A stretch of DNA of 64,000 nucleotides from a virus: positions 15,303-79,302 of IMG/VR virus record IMGVR_UViG_3300027782_000066, one strand, 5' to 3'. The translations under genes were made by a program, and so were the position numbers. The notes beneath the pieces were generated by a model. It saw nothing but the letters and a program-made list of their open reading frames with translations, was not told the DNA's origin and did not search any database. Shown here piece after piece: positions 51,639 to 59,999 of the stretch. The stretch's first letter is position 1, and every line of letters starts with the position of its first letter.

Positions 51639-53950
51639 GTAACGGAATTAAAGTTGTAAAGCGTAGTGGAACAATCGAACCTTTGGATCTAGACAAAATT
51701 CATTCTATGGTTGATTGTGCGTGTGGTGGTCTCTCTGGAGTTTCTGCATCACAAGTTGAAATGCAATCTGGCATTCAATTTTATGATGGAATTACAACTG
51801 ATCAAATTCAGGAAATTTTAATTCGTTCTGCCAGTGATCTTATTTCTTTAGATAATCCTAATTATCAATTTGTTGCAGCACGTTTATTGTTGTTCGGACT
51901 ATACAAACAAGTATTTGGAGAAGATTGGAATCAAGGATTTCCCTCAATTCAAGGAGTTCTACTTATTGGGGTTCAAAAAGAAATCTATGACTCAGAATTA
52001 ATCTATAAGTATTCTGATGAAGAATGGAATAAAATTAATAATTTCATTGTTCATAATCGTGACTACTTGTTTACCTATGCTGGCCTCAGGCAAGTTGTTG
52101 ATAAATATCTTGTACAAGATCGTAGCAATGGTGGAGTATATGAAACTCCTCAGTATGCTTATATGTTAGTTGCAGCAACTATTTTTGCTGAGTATCCAAA
52201 ACAAACACGATTAGATTATGTAAAAAAGTATTATGATGCAATCTCAAAACACAGAATCAATGTACCAACACCCATCCTCGCAGGAGTTAGAACACCACTT
52301 AGACAATTTGCGTCTTGTGTTCTTATTGATAGTGATGACACCCTCGACAGTATCTTTAGCAGTGACATGGCTATTGGTCGTTATGTTGCACAACGCGCAG
52401 GCATTGGTATCAACGCAGGCAGAATCCGTGCTCTCAATAGTAAAATCAGAGGGGGAGAAGTTTCTCATACGGGGGTTATCCCATTCCTCAAAAAGTTTGA
52501 ATCAACTGTCAGATGCTGTACACAGAACGGGATTCGTGGTGGAAGTGCTACTGTCCATTTTCCAATCTGGCACAGAGAAATAGGAGATATTATTGTTCTC
52601 AAAAATAATAAAGGCACTGAAGATAATAGAGTTCGTAAACTAGATTACAGTATTCAGATTTCTAAATTATTCTATGAAAGATTTATTAAGAATGAATCAA
52701 TTTCTCTCTTTTCTCCTCACGATGTTCCTGATTTGTCGGACGCTTTTGGTCTTCCTAATTTCGATGAGTTGTATGTACGTTACGAAGAAGATAGTTTTAT
52801 TCCTAAGAAAACTGTCAACGCTCAAGAACTTATTCTTGACATCTTAAAAGAGAGAGCAGAGACTGGTCGTATCTATATTATGAATATCGACCACTGTAAC
52901 GAGCATTCTTCTTTCAAAGATAAAGTTTGGATGAGTAATCTTTGTCAAGAGATTACACTTCCCACTACACCACTAAAGCACATTGATGACCCAGAAGGTG
53001 AGATTGCTCTCTGTATTCTTTCTGCTATTAACATAGGAAAAATTAAATCTGATGAAGAGTTTGAATCCCTGTGTGATTTAAGTGTACGTTCATTGGATGA
53101 ATTGATTGATTATCAGCACTATCCAGTAGCAGCAGCTGAAAAATCTACTAAAGCACGTAGGTCTTTGGGTGTTGGTTATATTGGTCTTGCTCATTATCTA
53201 GCAAAACTTGGTTATAATTATAACTCTCAAGAGGCGTGGGATGCCATTCATGAACTGACTGAATCATTTCAATACTTTTTACTGAAAGCATCCAACAATC
53301 TTGCTAAAGAGAAAGGACGTTGTGAATATTTTGATCGCACTAAATATGCTGATGGCATTCTTCCTATAGATACCTATAAAAAAGATGTAGACCAAATTGT
53401 ATCACACAAACTTAATTATGAATGGGAATCTCTTAGAGCATCTATCATTGAATACGGTCTTAGGAACTCAACACTGTCGGCACAAATGCCTTCGGAGAGC
53501 AGTTCCGTTGTGTCAAATGCAACTAATGGAATTGAACCACCTCGCGCATACTTGTCCATTAAGAAGTCAAAAAAAGGTCCACTCAAACAAATTGTTCCAC
53601 AGTATGCAACTCTCAAGAACAACTATACTCTTCTTTGGGATATGCCTGACAATAGCGGGTATATTAACATTGTCGCCATCATGCAAAAGTTCTTTGATCA
53701 AGCAATCAGTGGAAACTGGTCATACAATCCAGAAAACTACCCAGATAACGAAGTGCCAGTAAGTGTAATTGCAAATGATTTACTTAAGACCTACAAGTAT
53801 GGTTGGAAAACAAGTTATTATCAGAACACTTATGACAGTAAGACCGATGCAATTGAAACTGAAGAATTCAAAAAAGAAAATATTCAAAGTTTAGTTAAAA
53901 ATATTTTAAATTCATCAGAGGAGGAAGCTTGTGACAGTTGTTCAATTTGA
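51635..53950 (+). CDS. nrdA: Ribonucleotide reductase class Ia alpha subunit
   Basis: ATP cone; PTPILAG; ASCVL; SNLCQEI; C-terminal CDSC. Confidence 0.98.
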   Translation: MSNGIKVVKRSGTIEPLDLDKIHSMVDCACGGLSGVSASQVEMQSGIQFYDGITTDQIQEILIRSASDLISLDNPNYQFVAARLLLFGLYKQVFGEDWNQGFPSIQGVLLIGVQKEIYDSELIYKYSDEEWNKINNFIVHNRDYLFTYAGLRQVVDKYLVQDRSNGGVYETPQYAYMLVAATIFAEYPKQTRLDYVKKYYDAISKHRINVPTPILAGVRTPLRQFASCVLIDSDDTLDSIFSSDMAIGRYVAQRAGIGINAGRIRALNSKIRGGEVSHTGVIPFLKKFESTVRCCTQNGIRGGSATVHFPIWHREIGDIIVLKNNKGTEDNRVRKLDYSIQISKLFYERFIKNESISLFSPHDVPDLSDAFGLPNFDELYVRYEEDSFIPKKTVNAQELILDILKERAETGRIYIMNIDHCNEHSSFKDKVWMSNLCQEITLPTTPLKHIDDPEGEIALCILSAINIGKIKSDEEFESLCDLSVRSLDELIDYQHYPVAAAEKSTKARRSLGVGYIGLAHYLAKLGYNYNSQEAWDAIHELTESFQYFLLKASNNLAKEKGRCEYFDRTKYADGILPIDTYKKDVDQIVSHKLNYEWESLRASIIEYGLRNSTLSAQMPSESSSVVSNATNGIEPPRAYLSIKKSKKGPLKQIVPQYATLKNNYTLLWDMPDNSGYINIVAIMQKFFDQAISGNWSYNPENYPDNEVPVSVIANDLLKTYKYGWKTSYYQNTYDSKTDAIETEEFKKENIQSLVKNILNSSEEEACDSCSI

Positions 53951-55109
53951 AACTAATAACGAAAACAAAATAAAAGGACTAACAGTTTTTAATAAAGAGA
54001 TAATTGATTCTAAGAAGCAACCAATGTTCTTTGGTGCTCCTTTGGGTGTTCAAAGATATGATTCTTATAAGTATCCTGTCTTTGATAAACTTACTCAGAC
54101 ACAACTCGGATATTTCTGGAGACCCGAAGAAATATCTCTTCAGAAAGATCGTGCTGATTATCAAAATCTTCGATCAGAACAAAAACATATCTTTACTTCT
54201 AACTTGAAGTATCAGATTATGCTTGATAGCGTTCAGGGTCGTGGTCCTGGTATGGCATTCACTCCTTATTGTTCTCTACCAGAACTAGAAGCTTGTATGC
54301 AAGTATGGGGACTTATGGAGATGATTCATAGTCGCTCTTATACATACATTATTAAGAATATCTATTCAGATCCTGCTGAAGTATTTGATACTATTCTGAC
54401 TGATGATATGATTCTTTCTCGTGCTGAAAGTGTCACTAAAGCATATGATGATTTCATTAATGATGCTCATGCTTATGGTACTAGTGAGCGTTGGCTTCAT
54501 AATCTAGAAGGTGTTCCATCTGCTAAACTTGATCTTTATGAAGTTAAAAGAAAACTTTATCGTGCTATTGTAAATGTAAATATCCTGGAGGGGATTAGGT
54601 TCTATGTTTCGTTCGCATGTTCATTCGCTTTTGGCGAACTTAAACTTATGGAGGGATCCGCTAAAATTATCTCTCTCATCTCAAGAGACGAAAATCAGCA
54701 TCTTGTTCTTACACAGAACATTATCAATAAATGGCGTGAAGGGGATGATCCAGACATGCTCAAAATCGCTGCAGAAGAAGAACAGTGGGTTTATCAAACG
54801 TTTGATGGAGCGGTAAACGAAGAAAAAGTTTGGGCAGATTACTTATTTAAAAATGGTAGTATGATCGGACTAAATTCTAAACTATTAGTACAGTATGTTG
54901 AGTGGATTGCAAACCGTCGCATGAGGTCAATTGGACTTAAACCACAGTATGATATCGCTGCTAAAAATAATCCTCTTCCCTGGACGGAGCATTGGATTAG
55001 TTCTAAGGGTCTTCAGGTTGCTCCTCAGGAAACTGAAGTTGAATCTTATGTCGTTGGCGGAATTAAACAAGACGTTAAAGCAAATACTTTCTCTGGGTTC
55101 ACCCTCTAA
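53931..55109 (+). CDS. nrdB: Ribonucleotide reductase class Ia beta subunit
   Basis: FWRPEE; DSVQGR; EMIHSRSY; EGIRFYVSF; DENQH; APQETE. Confidence 0.98.
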   Translation: MTVVQFETNNENKIKGLTVFNKEIIDSKKQPMFFGAPLGVQRYDSYKYPVFDKLTQTQLGYFWRPEEISLQKDRADYQNLRSEQKHIFTSNLKYQIMLDSVQGRGPGMAFTPYCSLPELEACMQVWGLMEMIHSRSYTYIIKNIYSDPAEVFDTILTDDMILSRAESVTKAYDDFINDAHAYGTSERWLHNLEGVPSAKLDLYEVKRKLYRAIVNVNILEGIRFYVSFACSFAFGELKLMEGSAKIISLISRDENQHLVLTQNIINKWREGDDPDMLKIAAEEEQWVYQTFDGAVNEEKVWADYLFKNGSMIGLNSKLLVQYVEWIANRRMRSIGLKPQYDIAAKNNPLPWTEHWISSKGLQVAPQETEVESYVVGGIKQDVKANTFSGFTL

Positions 55110-55120
55110 TAAATCACAAA

Positions 55121-55579
55121 TTAAAACATATCAACCAATCCCAGATCCCTGGTACGATTGAATAGATTTTTTTTTGTTTCTTCTGAATGTTCTGATTTAG
55201 GAATAAATTTTATAGCTGCTATTGAAGCATTATACCAAATTCTTTCTCTATTAATATCTCTTTCTACTAATACATTATTTTTATGTTGAAGATTTGTTTC
55301 GGCATAAGTTAGATCTCCTCTCGTTTTACATTCAAATAATATTTCAAAGTAAAAATTGTCCATACTAAATTTTTTAATATCTTCTTTCAAATACTTTGAT
55401 GAAGAAAAATACTTTTTCCAGTCAGATTCTTTATTCTTTTTGTTAAATTTGTAAGTATAGTATTGTTTTTTACCAATATATTTTTTATTAGTTATAATAT
55501 TTTTCACATAGTAAATAAACCCAAATGAATTAACTGGATCTAAAATGAAACTATGATTCCAGTGTTCTGTTTTAAACAT
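55121..55579 (-). mobile_element. Free-standing GIY-YIG (Seg-like) homing endonuclease gene
   Basis: GFIYYVKNIITNKKYIGKK; YFSSS; WYN; partial NUMOD3-like HSEETKK; the only minus-strand gene, very AT-rich. Confidence 0.75.
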
Positions 55580-55637
55580 TTAATATAAAAATATTGATAC
55601 AATTATCTATGACAGTAAATAATTTTTTTAGGGGGGC

Positions 55638-55666
55638 TTGACAAAAGCTAAATAATTTCATATAAT
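55638..55666 (+). promoter_or_regulatory. Consensus sigma70 promoter
   Basis: TTGACA-N17-TATAAT; spacer contains CTAAATA. Confidence 0.88.
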
Positions 55667-55670
55667 GCTT

Positions 55671-55699
55671 AAGCAGTCCTTAATAAGATTGCTTTTTTT
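55671..55699 (+). terminator. Terminator-like hairpin directly after the promoter
   Basis: AAGCAGTC-N8-GATTGCTT followed by a T-run. Confidence 0.6.
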
Positions 55700-55724
55700 A
55701 TTATGAGATTTTGACGTGACAACC

Positions 55725-55791
55725 TAGAGCCGTGGAAGATGCCCTTCGAGAGAGGTGGTATACCCCTCTTCTATACGGATGCCGAATTCTA
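55725..55791 (+). ncRNA. Structured RNA element, tentatively abiF-motif-like
   Basis: Nested stems UAGAG/UUCUA, CCGU-GGAAGA/UCUUCU-(AU)-ACGG, UGCC/GGUA, and CUUC-GAGA-GAGG with a GNRA loop; family name from recollection only. Confidence 0.55.
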
Positions 55792-55800
55792 TTAAACTTA

Positions 55801-56439
55801 ATGCTACTATCAACAATTACTGCCCTAACAGTCTCAACTGCGTTTGCGTCACCACTCTTAATACCAGTGAGTGCTCCACCAGTGCCTGAGAAAGAAAGTT
55901 TAGAACTTACTGTTCGAGACTTATCAAATCAGAGAGACACCAAACAATCAAAGGTCGAAAAACTAGAGAAAATTTGGAAATGTACAGGGTGTAATCAAAC
56001 AGAAACTTATGCTTTGAGTTACTTGCAAAAACAAGGAATCAAAGATAAGAATGCTCTAGCAACCATCATGGGTAATATCAAACAGGAATCTGGATTTGTT
56101 CCTAATATCTGTGAGGGTGGGTCTAGAGTTTCCTACCAAGGATGTGGAAGCGGTGGTTACGGATTAATCCAGTGGACCGATTCTACACGATATGATGGAT
56201 TGGGAAGACATGCTGCCCGTATGGGTGCCAGTGCTTCTACACTTGATACTCAACTCAACTATATGTTGAATGAGGGTGATTGGAAAATGATTGAACCAAG
56301 AATGAAAACTCCTGGTAAATCAATTGACCAGTATATGTACTACGCAAGTAAGTGGATACGCTGGGGACATCACGGAGCAAGAACTGACTTTGCTTATAAC
56401 TACGCAAAGAAAATGGTTCTTACAGAAGTAGATGCTTAA
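55801..56439 (+). CDS. Phage-tail-lysozyme-type peptidoglycan hydrolase with N-terminal signal peptide
   Basis: ATG at 55801 (MLLSTITALTVSTAFA); ATIMGNIKQESG...GYGLIQWT...QLNY. Confidence 0.8.
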   Translation: MLLSTITALTVSTAFASPLLIPVSAPPVPEKESLELTVRDLSNQRDTKQSKVEKLEKIWKCTGCNQTETYALSYLQKQGIKDKNALATIMGNIKQESGFVPNICEGGSRVSYQGCGSGGYGLIQWTDSTRYDGLGRHAARMGASASTLDTQLNYMLNEGDWKMIEPRMKTPGKSIDQYMYYASKWIRWGHHGARTDFAYNYAKKMVLTEVDA

Positions 56440-56474
56440 TTGAATAAATAACGGGGAGTGGCGCTCCCCTTACT

Positions 56475-56885
56475 ATGTTTAACTTTAACTTTGGAAAGAA
56501 GAAGCCAGATATAAAACAATACGCTATAATCAGTATAGTATTAACAACTATTATCGCCACTCTTTCTCAATGTACTGGTATATCTCAAACTAATATCTGG
56601 GATATACTTGATGAAGTCCAAAGAAAATATTTTCCACAAACTATATTAAATGAGTTTATCATCAAAGACTCAGAGAAATTAGACAGAAGAATTCATAGAG
56701 ATGTTGATCAAGCAATTGCAGAGTACGAACGCTTGATAGGCGAAAACGAGAAAGTTAGAATACCTCCACCACGATACTCAGAGACCCCACTGGATGCCTC
56801 TGTATGCCACACTAATGAGTGTCGGTCACTGGGAGGGGAAATCAGGTTATGTGCTCCTTGGGTTGACGGATGTCCCAATGAGTAG
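56475..56885 (+). CDS. Hypothetical membrane-anchored protein
   Basis: N-terminal TM segment; C-terminal Cys cluster; AATAAATA at 56443. Confidence 0.7.
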   Translation: MFNFNFGKKKPDIKQYAIISIVLTTIIATLSQCTGISQTNIWDILDEVQRKYFPQTILNEFIIKDSEKLDRRIHRDVDQAIAEYERLIGENEKVRIPPPRYSETPLDASVCHTNECRSLGGEIRLCAPWVDGCPNE

Positions 56886-56891
56886 TATAAT
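56863..56891 (+). promoter_or_regulatory. Sigma70-type promoter of the tRNA cluster
   Basis: TTGACG-N17-TATAAT, 10 nt before tRNA-Tyr. Confidence 0.8.
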
Positions 56892-56900
56892 ATTGTTATT

Positions 56901-56982
56901 GGGTAGGTGTCCGAGTGGTTAATGGAAGCGGACTGTAAATCCGCTGGCTCTGCCTACGGGGGTTCAAATCCCTCCCTGCCCA
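56901..56982 (+). tRNA. trnY: tRNA-Tyr(GTA)
   Basis: Cloverleaf, anticodon loop CTGTAAA, long variable arm, TTCAAAT T-loop; no encoded CCA. Confidence 0.95.
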
Positions 56983-56986
56983 TCTT

Positions 56987-57059
56987 GGGTCAATAACTCA
57001 GTTGGTAGAGTAGCGGGCTTTTAACCTGTAAGTCGTGAGTTCGAGTCTCACTTGACCCA
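56987..57059 (+). tRNA. trnK: tRNA-Lys(TTT)
   Basis: GGGTCAA/TTGACCC acceptor stem, loop CTTTTAA. Confidence 0.93.
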
Positions 57060-57062
57060 CTT

Positions 57063-57134
57063 GGGAAATTAGCTTAGGGGTAGAGCATTCGACTGATAAT
57101 CGAAAGGTCGATGGTTCAAATCCATCATTTCCCA
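57063..57134 (+). tRNA. trnI: tRNA-Ile(GAT)
   Basis: GGGAAAT/ATTTCCC acceptor stem, loop CTGATAA. Confidence 0.93.
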
Positions 57135-57135
57135 C

Positions 57136-57164
57136 TTGACAATCAAATCCATAACTGGTATGAT
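57136..57164 (+). promoter_or_regulatory. Sigma70-type promoter inside the tRNA cluster
   Basis: TTGACA-N17-TATGAT; overlapped by inverted repeat ACAATCA/TGATTGT. Confidence 0.75.
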
Positions 57165-57172
57165 TGTTTTAT

Positions 57173-57246
57173 GTCTCAGTAGCACAGCGGATTAGTGCAA
57201 CATCCTTCTAAGATGTGGGTCGGGGGTTCGAATCCCTCCTGAGACG
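57173..57246 (+). tRNA. trnR: tRNA-Arg(TCT)
   Basis: GTCTCAG/CTGAGAC acceptor stem, loop CTTCTAA. Confidence 0.93.
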
Positions 57247-57252
57247 TATCAT

Positions 57253-57324
57253 TCCCCTTTGGCGCAGCGGTAGCGCAAACGACTGTTAATCGTAGGGTCT
57301 CTGGTTCGAATCCAGAAAGGGGAG
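57253..57324 (+). tRNA. trnN: tRNA-Asn(GTT)
   Basis: TCCCCTT/AAGGGGA acceptor stem, loop CTGTTAA. Confidence 0.93.
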
Positions 57325-57366
57325 TTTAAAATTATCGTTGATATATACAATAGAATATTTAATATA

Positions 57367-57663
57367 ATGACTAAGATTAGATGCAAGTGCTGCAATAAAG
57401 AATTAGAAACTTCTCAAGCTAATAAAGGTGTTGGATGTCATTGCTCCAACGAAACTTATATTACACTTGATCGTACTGGTCAAGTGAAAATTTCTGCATT
57501 TGATATGTCATCAGTTGAAATCATTGAAGGTTCTTATAAGAAACGCTTCACAGAACAAAAAAAATCTGATACAATATTATCAGATTCAGATCTTCAATGG
57601 CAACAACAACGCAAGGAACGAAACGTTTCTCGCAAACTTTTGAACTCAGTGGAGATACGCTGA
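57367..57663 (+). CDS. Hypothetical zinc-ribbon protein
   Basis: CKCC...CHC cysteine pairs. Confidence 0.7.
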   Translation: MTKIRCKCCNKELETSQANKGVGCHCSNETYITLDRTGQVKISAFDMSSVEIIEGSYKKRFTEQKKSDTILSDSDLQWQQQRKERNVSRKLLNSVEIR

Positions 57664-57709
57664 TATCTAACAGAGTGTGGTATAATATAAGAGTAATTAA
57701 ATTTGTGCA

Positions 57710-57922
57710 ATGACCAAACAAAAACTTATTCGTAAATTCTCCAATGATGTTAATATCCTTGCTGATGCTATTGATGGAGTTATAAATCTCGAATGCGATC
57801 ATCCTCAACTTTATAAAAAACTTTATGAATTTTATGATGTAAATGGAATTCAACTCTATGGTGACTCCGATGACAATTATGAAGTTATCATGGCTCAACT
57901 GACAAAGGACTTGACATTCTGA
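57710..57922 (+). CDS. Hypothetical protein
   Basis: 70-aa ORF downstream of extended -10 TGTGGTATAAT (57676-57686). Confidence 0.7.
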   Translation: MTKQKLIRKFSNDVNILADAIDGVINLECDHPQLYKKLYEFYDVNGIQLYGDSDDNYEVIMAQLTKDLTF

Positions 57923-57939
57923 TCTGGACCTGCTACAAT
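57911..57939 (+). promoter_or_regulatory. Sigma70-type promoter
   Basis: TTGACA-N17-TACAAT. Confidence 0.78.
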
Positions 57940-57961
57940 TTATTTGCAATTCAAATTTGTG

Positions 57962-58213
57962 ATGACTGCCACCCTACCAAAAGTTTTTCTAGAACGAGAA
58001 GGTTTTCGTTTCGTTCAAAAAGGTATAATTGAATTGAATGGTCTTCCAGATTACCGTTTACAAACGCAAGATTATTATACTAAACGTTGGCAAGATGTTT
58101 ATTTGTTTGATAATTCTATGCAATTTTTATTGACTATGGAAGACATTGAATATGCTAAATGGTTGACTGATCAACCTTGCTACATGGACCCAGAAGATAT
58201 AGAGTATTTTTAA
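57962..58213 (+). CDS. Hypothetical protein (cyanophage-type)
   Basis: ATG at 57962; RFVQKGIIELNGLPDYRLQ...YLFDN..Q...MED.EYAKWL. Confidence 0.72.
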   Translation: MTATLPKVFLEREGFRFVQKGIIELNGLPDYRLQTQDYYTKRWQDVYLFDNSMQFLLTMEDIEYAKWLTDQPCYMDPEDIEYF

Positions 58214-58214
58214 T

Positions 58215-58574
58215 ATGACACCCAACAACACCCCAATGACATTTAACAACACCCCACTTAATTGGAAAAACCAAACTGAATTCGTACCATCTAAACCACA
58301 GGAGAAAACTATGTCTACTTTTGATTATTTGAATAACGCTGAAACTGAACTTCGCAGTGCTTTGAAATCCACGAGTGATGTCTCTCAGGCATATCAACTT
58401 AGTAGGATTGTTGATACTATTACTACTGTAGCAGAAATTAGAAATCAATTTAAATTCTCTGTAACTGAAGAGAAGAAAGTTAATGATGGATTCTTTCAAC
58501 GTGAAAACTTTGAAGATTTGTATGGAACACCATTTCCCAGTGCTAGTTCACCCGATAAACTAATTCTTGGTTGA
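58215..58574 (+). CDS. Hypothetical protein (alternative start at 58311 with AGGAG)
   Basis: ORF; N-terminal 21-nt tandem duplication. Confidence 0.65.
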   Translation: MTPNNTPMTFNNTPLNWKNQTEFVPSKPQEKTMSTFDYLNNAETELRSALKSTSDVSQAYQLSRIVDTITTVAEIRNQFKFSVTEEKKVNDGFFQRENFEDLYGTPFPSASSPDKLILG

Positions 58575-58576
58575 TT

Positions 58577-59347
58577 ATGATTCCCGTATTAGGTGTACCA
58601 ATTTTAAATCGAGGAGACCTTCTTTTAGATCTCGTTGCAAGTATTGATTTTCCTGTAGAAAAACTTGCCATTGTACAGAATGGACAAGAACAGGATGTAG
58701 TTGATGCTGTTGAAAAAATTAAATCTGGAACCAATCCTAATGTGAAATCTGTTTATGTTTCTATACCATTCAGAAATCTTGGTGTAGGTGCTGCTTGGAA
58801 TCATATCATTAAAAGTTTTCCTGAAGCATCACTTTGGATGATTGCTAATAGTGATATGATTTTTGCAGCAGGTGACTTAGAAAAATCTTATAATGCACAC
58901 GTAGAAAATCCTAATGCTTTTCTTATGTCAATAGGATTTGCATTGTTTGGTATTACACCACACGTCGTTAATGAATGTGGATTGTTTGACGAGAATATCT
59001 ATCCAGCATACTTTGAGGATAATGAATATCAAGCAAGATTATATAATAGTAATATAGAAAGAATTGATGTTCCGTCAAGGGTTGTTAGGGAAGAAGGTAG
59101 TTTTACAATTAGAAGTAATTCTTTTTATAATTCTGCCAACGGACAAAGTTATCCTATGAATGAAATTTATTTCTTTAAAAAATGGGGAGTGAATGCAGTT
59201 CAGCCAGATGGATCAGTAGGATTTAAAACTCCTTATAATGATCCTAATAAATCATTAGGAACGTGGCAATATGATCCAATGAGAAGAAGAATTCAAAGTA
59301 AATTTTGGGATAACATGGACACCTTTAGTAACAGGACAGTATTTTAA
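58577..59347 (+). CDS. Glycosyltransferase, GT-A fold (family 2-like)
   Basis: NLGVGAAWN; ANSDM; GLFDENIYPAYFEDNEY. Confidence 0.85.
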   Translation: MIPVLGVPILNRGDLLLDLVASIDFPVEKLAIVQNGQEQDVVDAVEKIKSGTNPNVKSVYVSIPFRNLGVGAAWNHIIKSFPEASLWMIANSDMIFAAGDLEKSYNAHVENPNAFLMSIGFALFGITPHVVNECGLFDENIYPAYFEDNEYQARLYNSNIERIDVPSRVVREEGSFTIRSNSFYNSANGQSYPMNEIYFFKKWGVNAVQPDGSVGFKTPYNDPNKSLGTWQYDPMRRRIQSKFWDNMDTFSNRTVF

Positions 59348-59348
59348 T

Positions 59349-59999
59349 ATGGCATTTAATAAATTAGTAATTGACTCTACCAGTTCTAGGACTGAGCTTT
59401 GTGATCTTGGAGTTAAATACCCAACAGATAAATCTCCTTACAGTGTAGGATCTAGTAGTGGTCATAGGCATCCATATACTGCTGTCTATGATCTTCTCTT
59501 TGCTCCACTGAGGTATAAAGATATTAACTTTGGGGAGATTGGAATTGAGTATAACAAATCTATGATTTGCTGGAGAAACTATTTCACTAAGGCAAAACTT
59601 TGGGGATGGGAATACTATCAAGAAAAAATTGATAGTGCTCTCCGTGATGGATTAGAAGATACCACTTATATTAATATGAATGTAACTCTAGAGGAATCAA
59701 TCCAAGAAGGATTTGAAAAATCTGGAGTTAAATTTGATATCATCATTGATGATTCTACTCATTCATTCGAAGATCAAATTCGTATTTCTAAAATTGTCCA
59801 TAAATATTTAAAACCAGGCGGTTACTTTATCATCGAAGATATTTTTAGAAATCGTTGGGAAGATGATTACAATCAACAAATCGGTGAGTACTCTAAGTAC
59901 TATCATAGTATTACATTTATTGATACTGAACATTCGAATAAACTATCAGAACACTGGGACAACGACAAACTATTAGTAATGGTGAGGAATGAATTATGA
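59349..59999 (+). CDS. Class I SAM-dependent methyltransferase (sugar O-methyltransferase-like)
   Basis: TDK...HPYTAVY; EIGI; FDIIIDDSTH; LKPGGYFIIEDI. Confidence 0.85.
   Translation: MAFNKLVIDSTSSRTELCDLGVKYPTDKSPYSVGSSSGHRHPYTAVYDLLFAPLRYKDINFGEIGIEYNKSMICWRNYFTKAKLWGWEYYQEKIDSALRDGLEDTTYINMNVTLEESIQEGFEKSGVKFDIIIDDSTHSFEDQIRISKIVHKYLKPGGYFIIEDIFRNRWEDDYNQQIGEYSKYYHSITFIDTEHSNKLSEHWDNDKLLVMVRNEL

Noticed and set aside
54931-55161. 76-aa ORF ending IPDPWYD
   Set aside because: Mostly overlaps nrdB out of frame; the 3' end could be a gene remnant, but I cannot support that
55732-55800. GTG-start extension of the lysozyme ORF
   Set aside because: Coincides with the structured RNA; ATG 55801 gives a clean signal peptide
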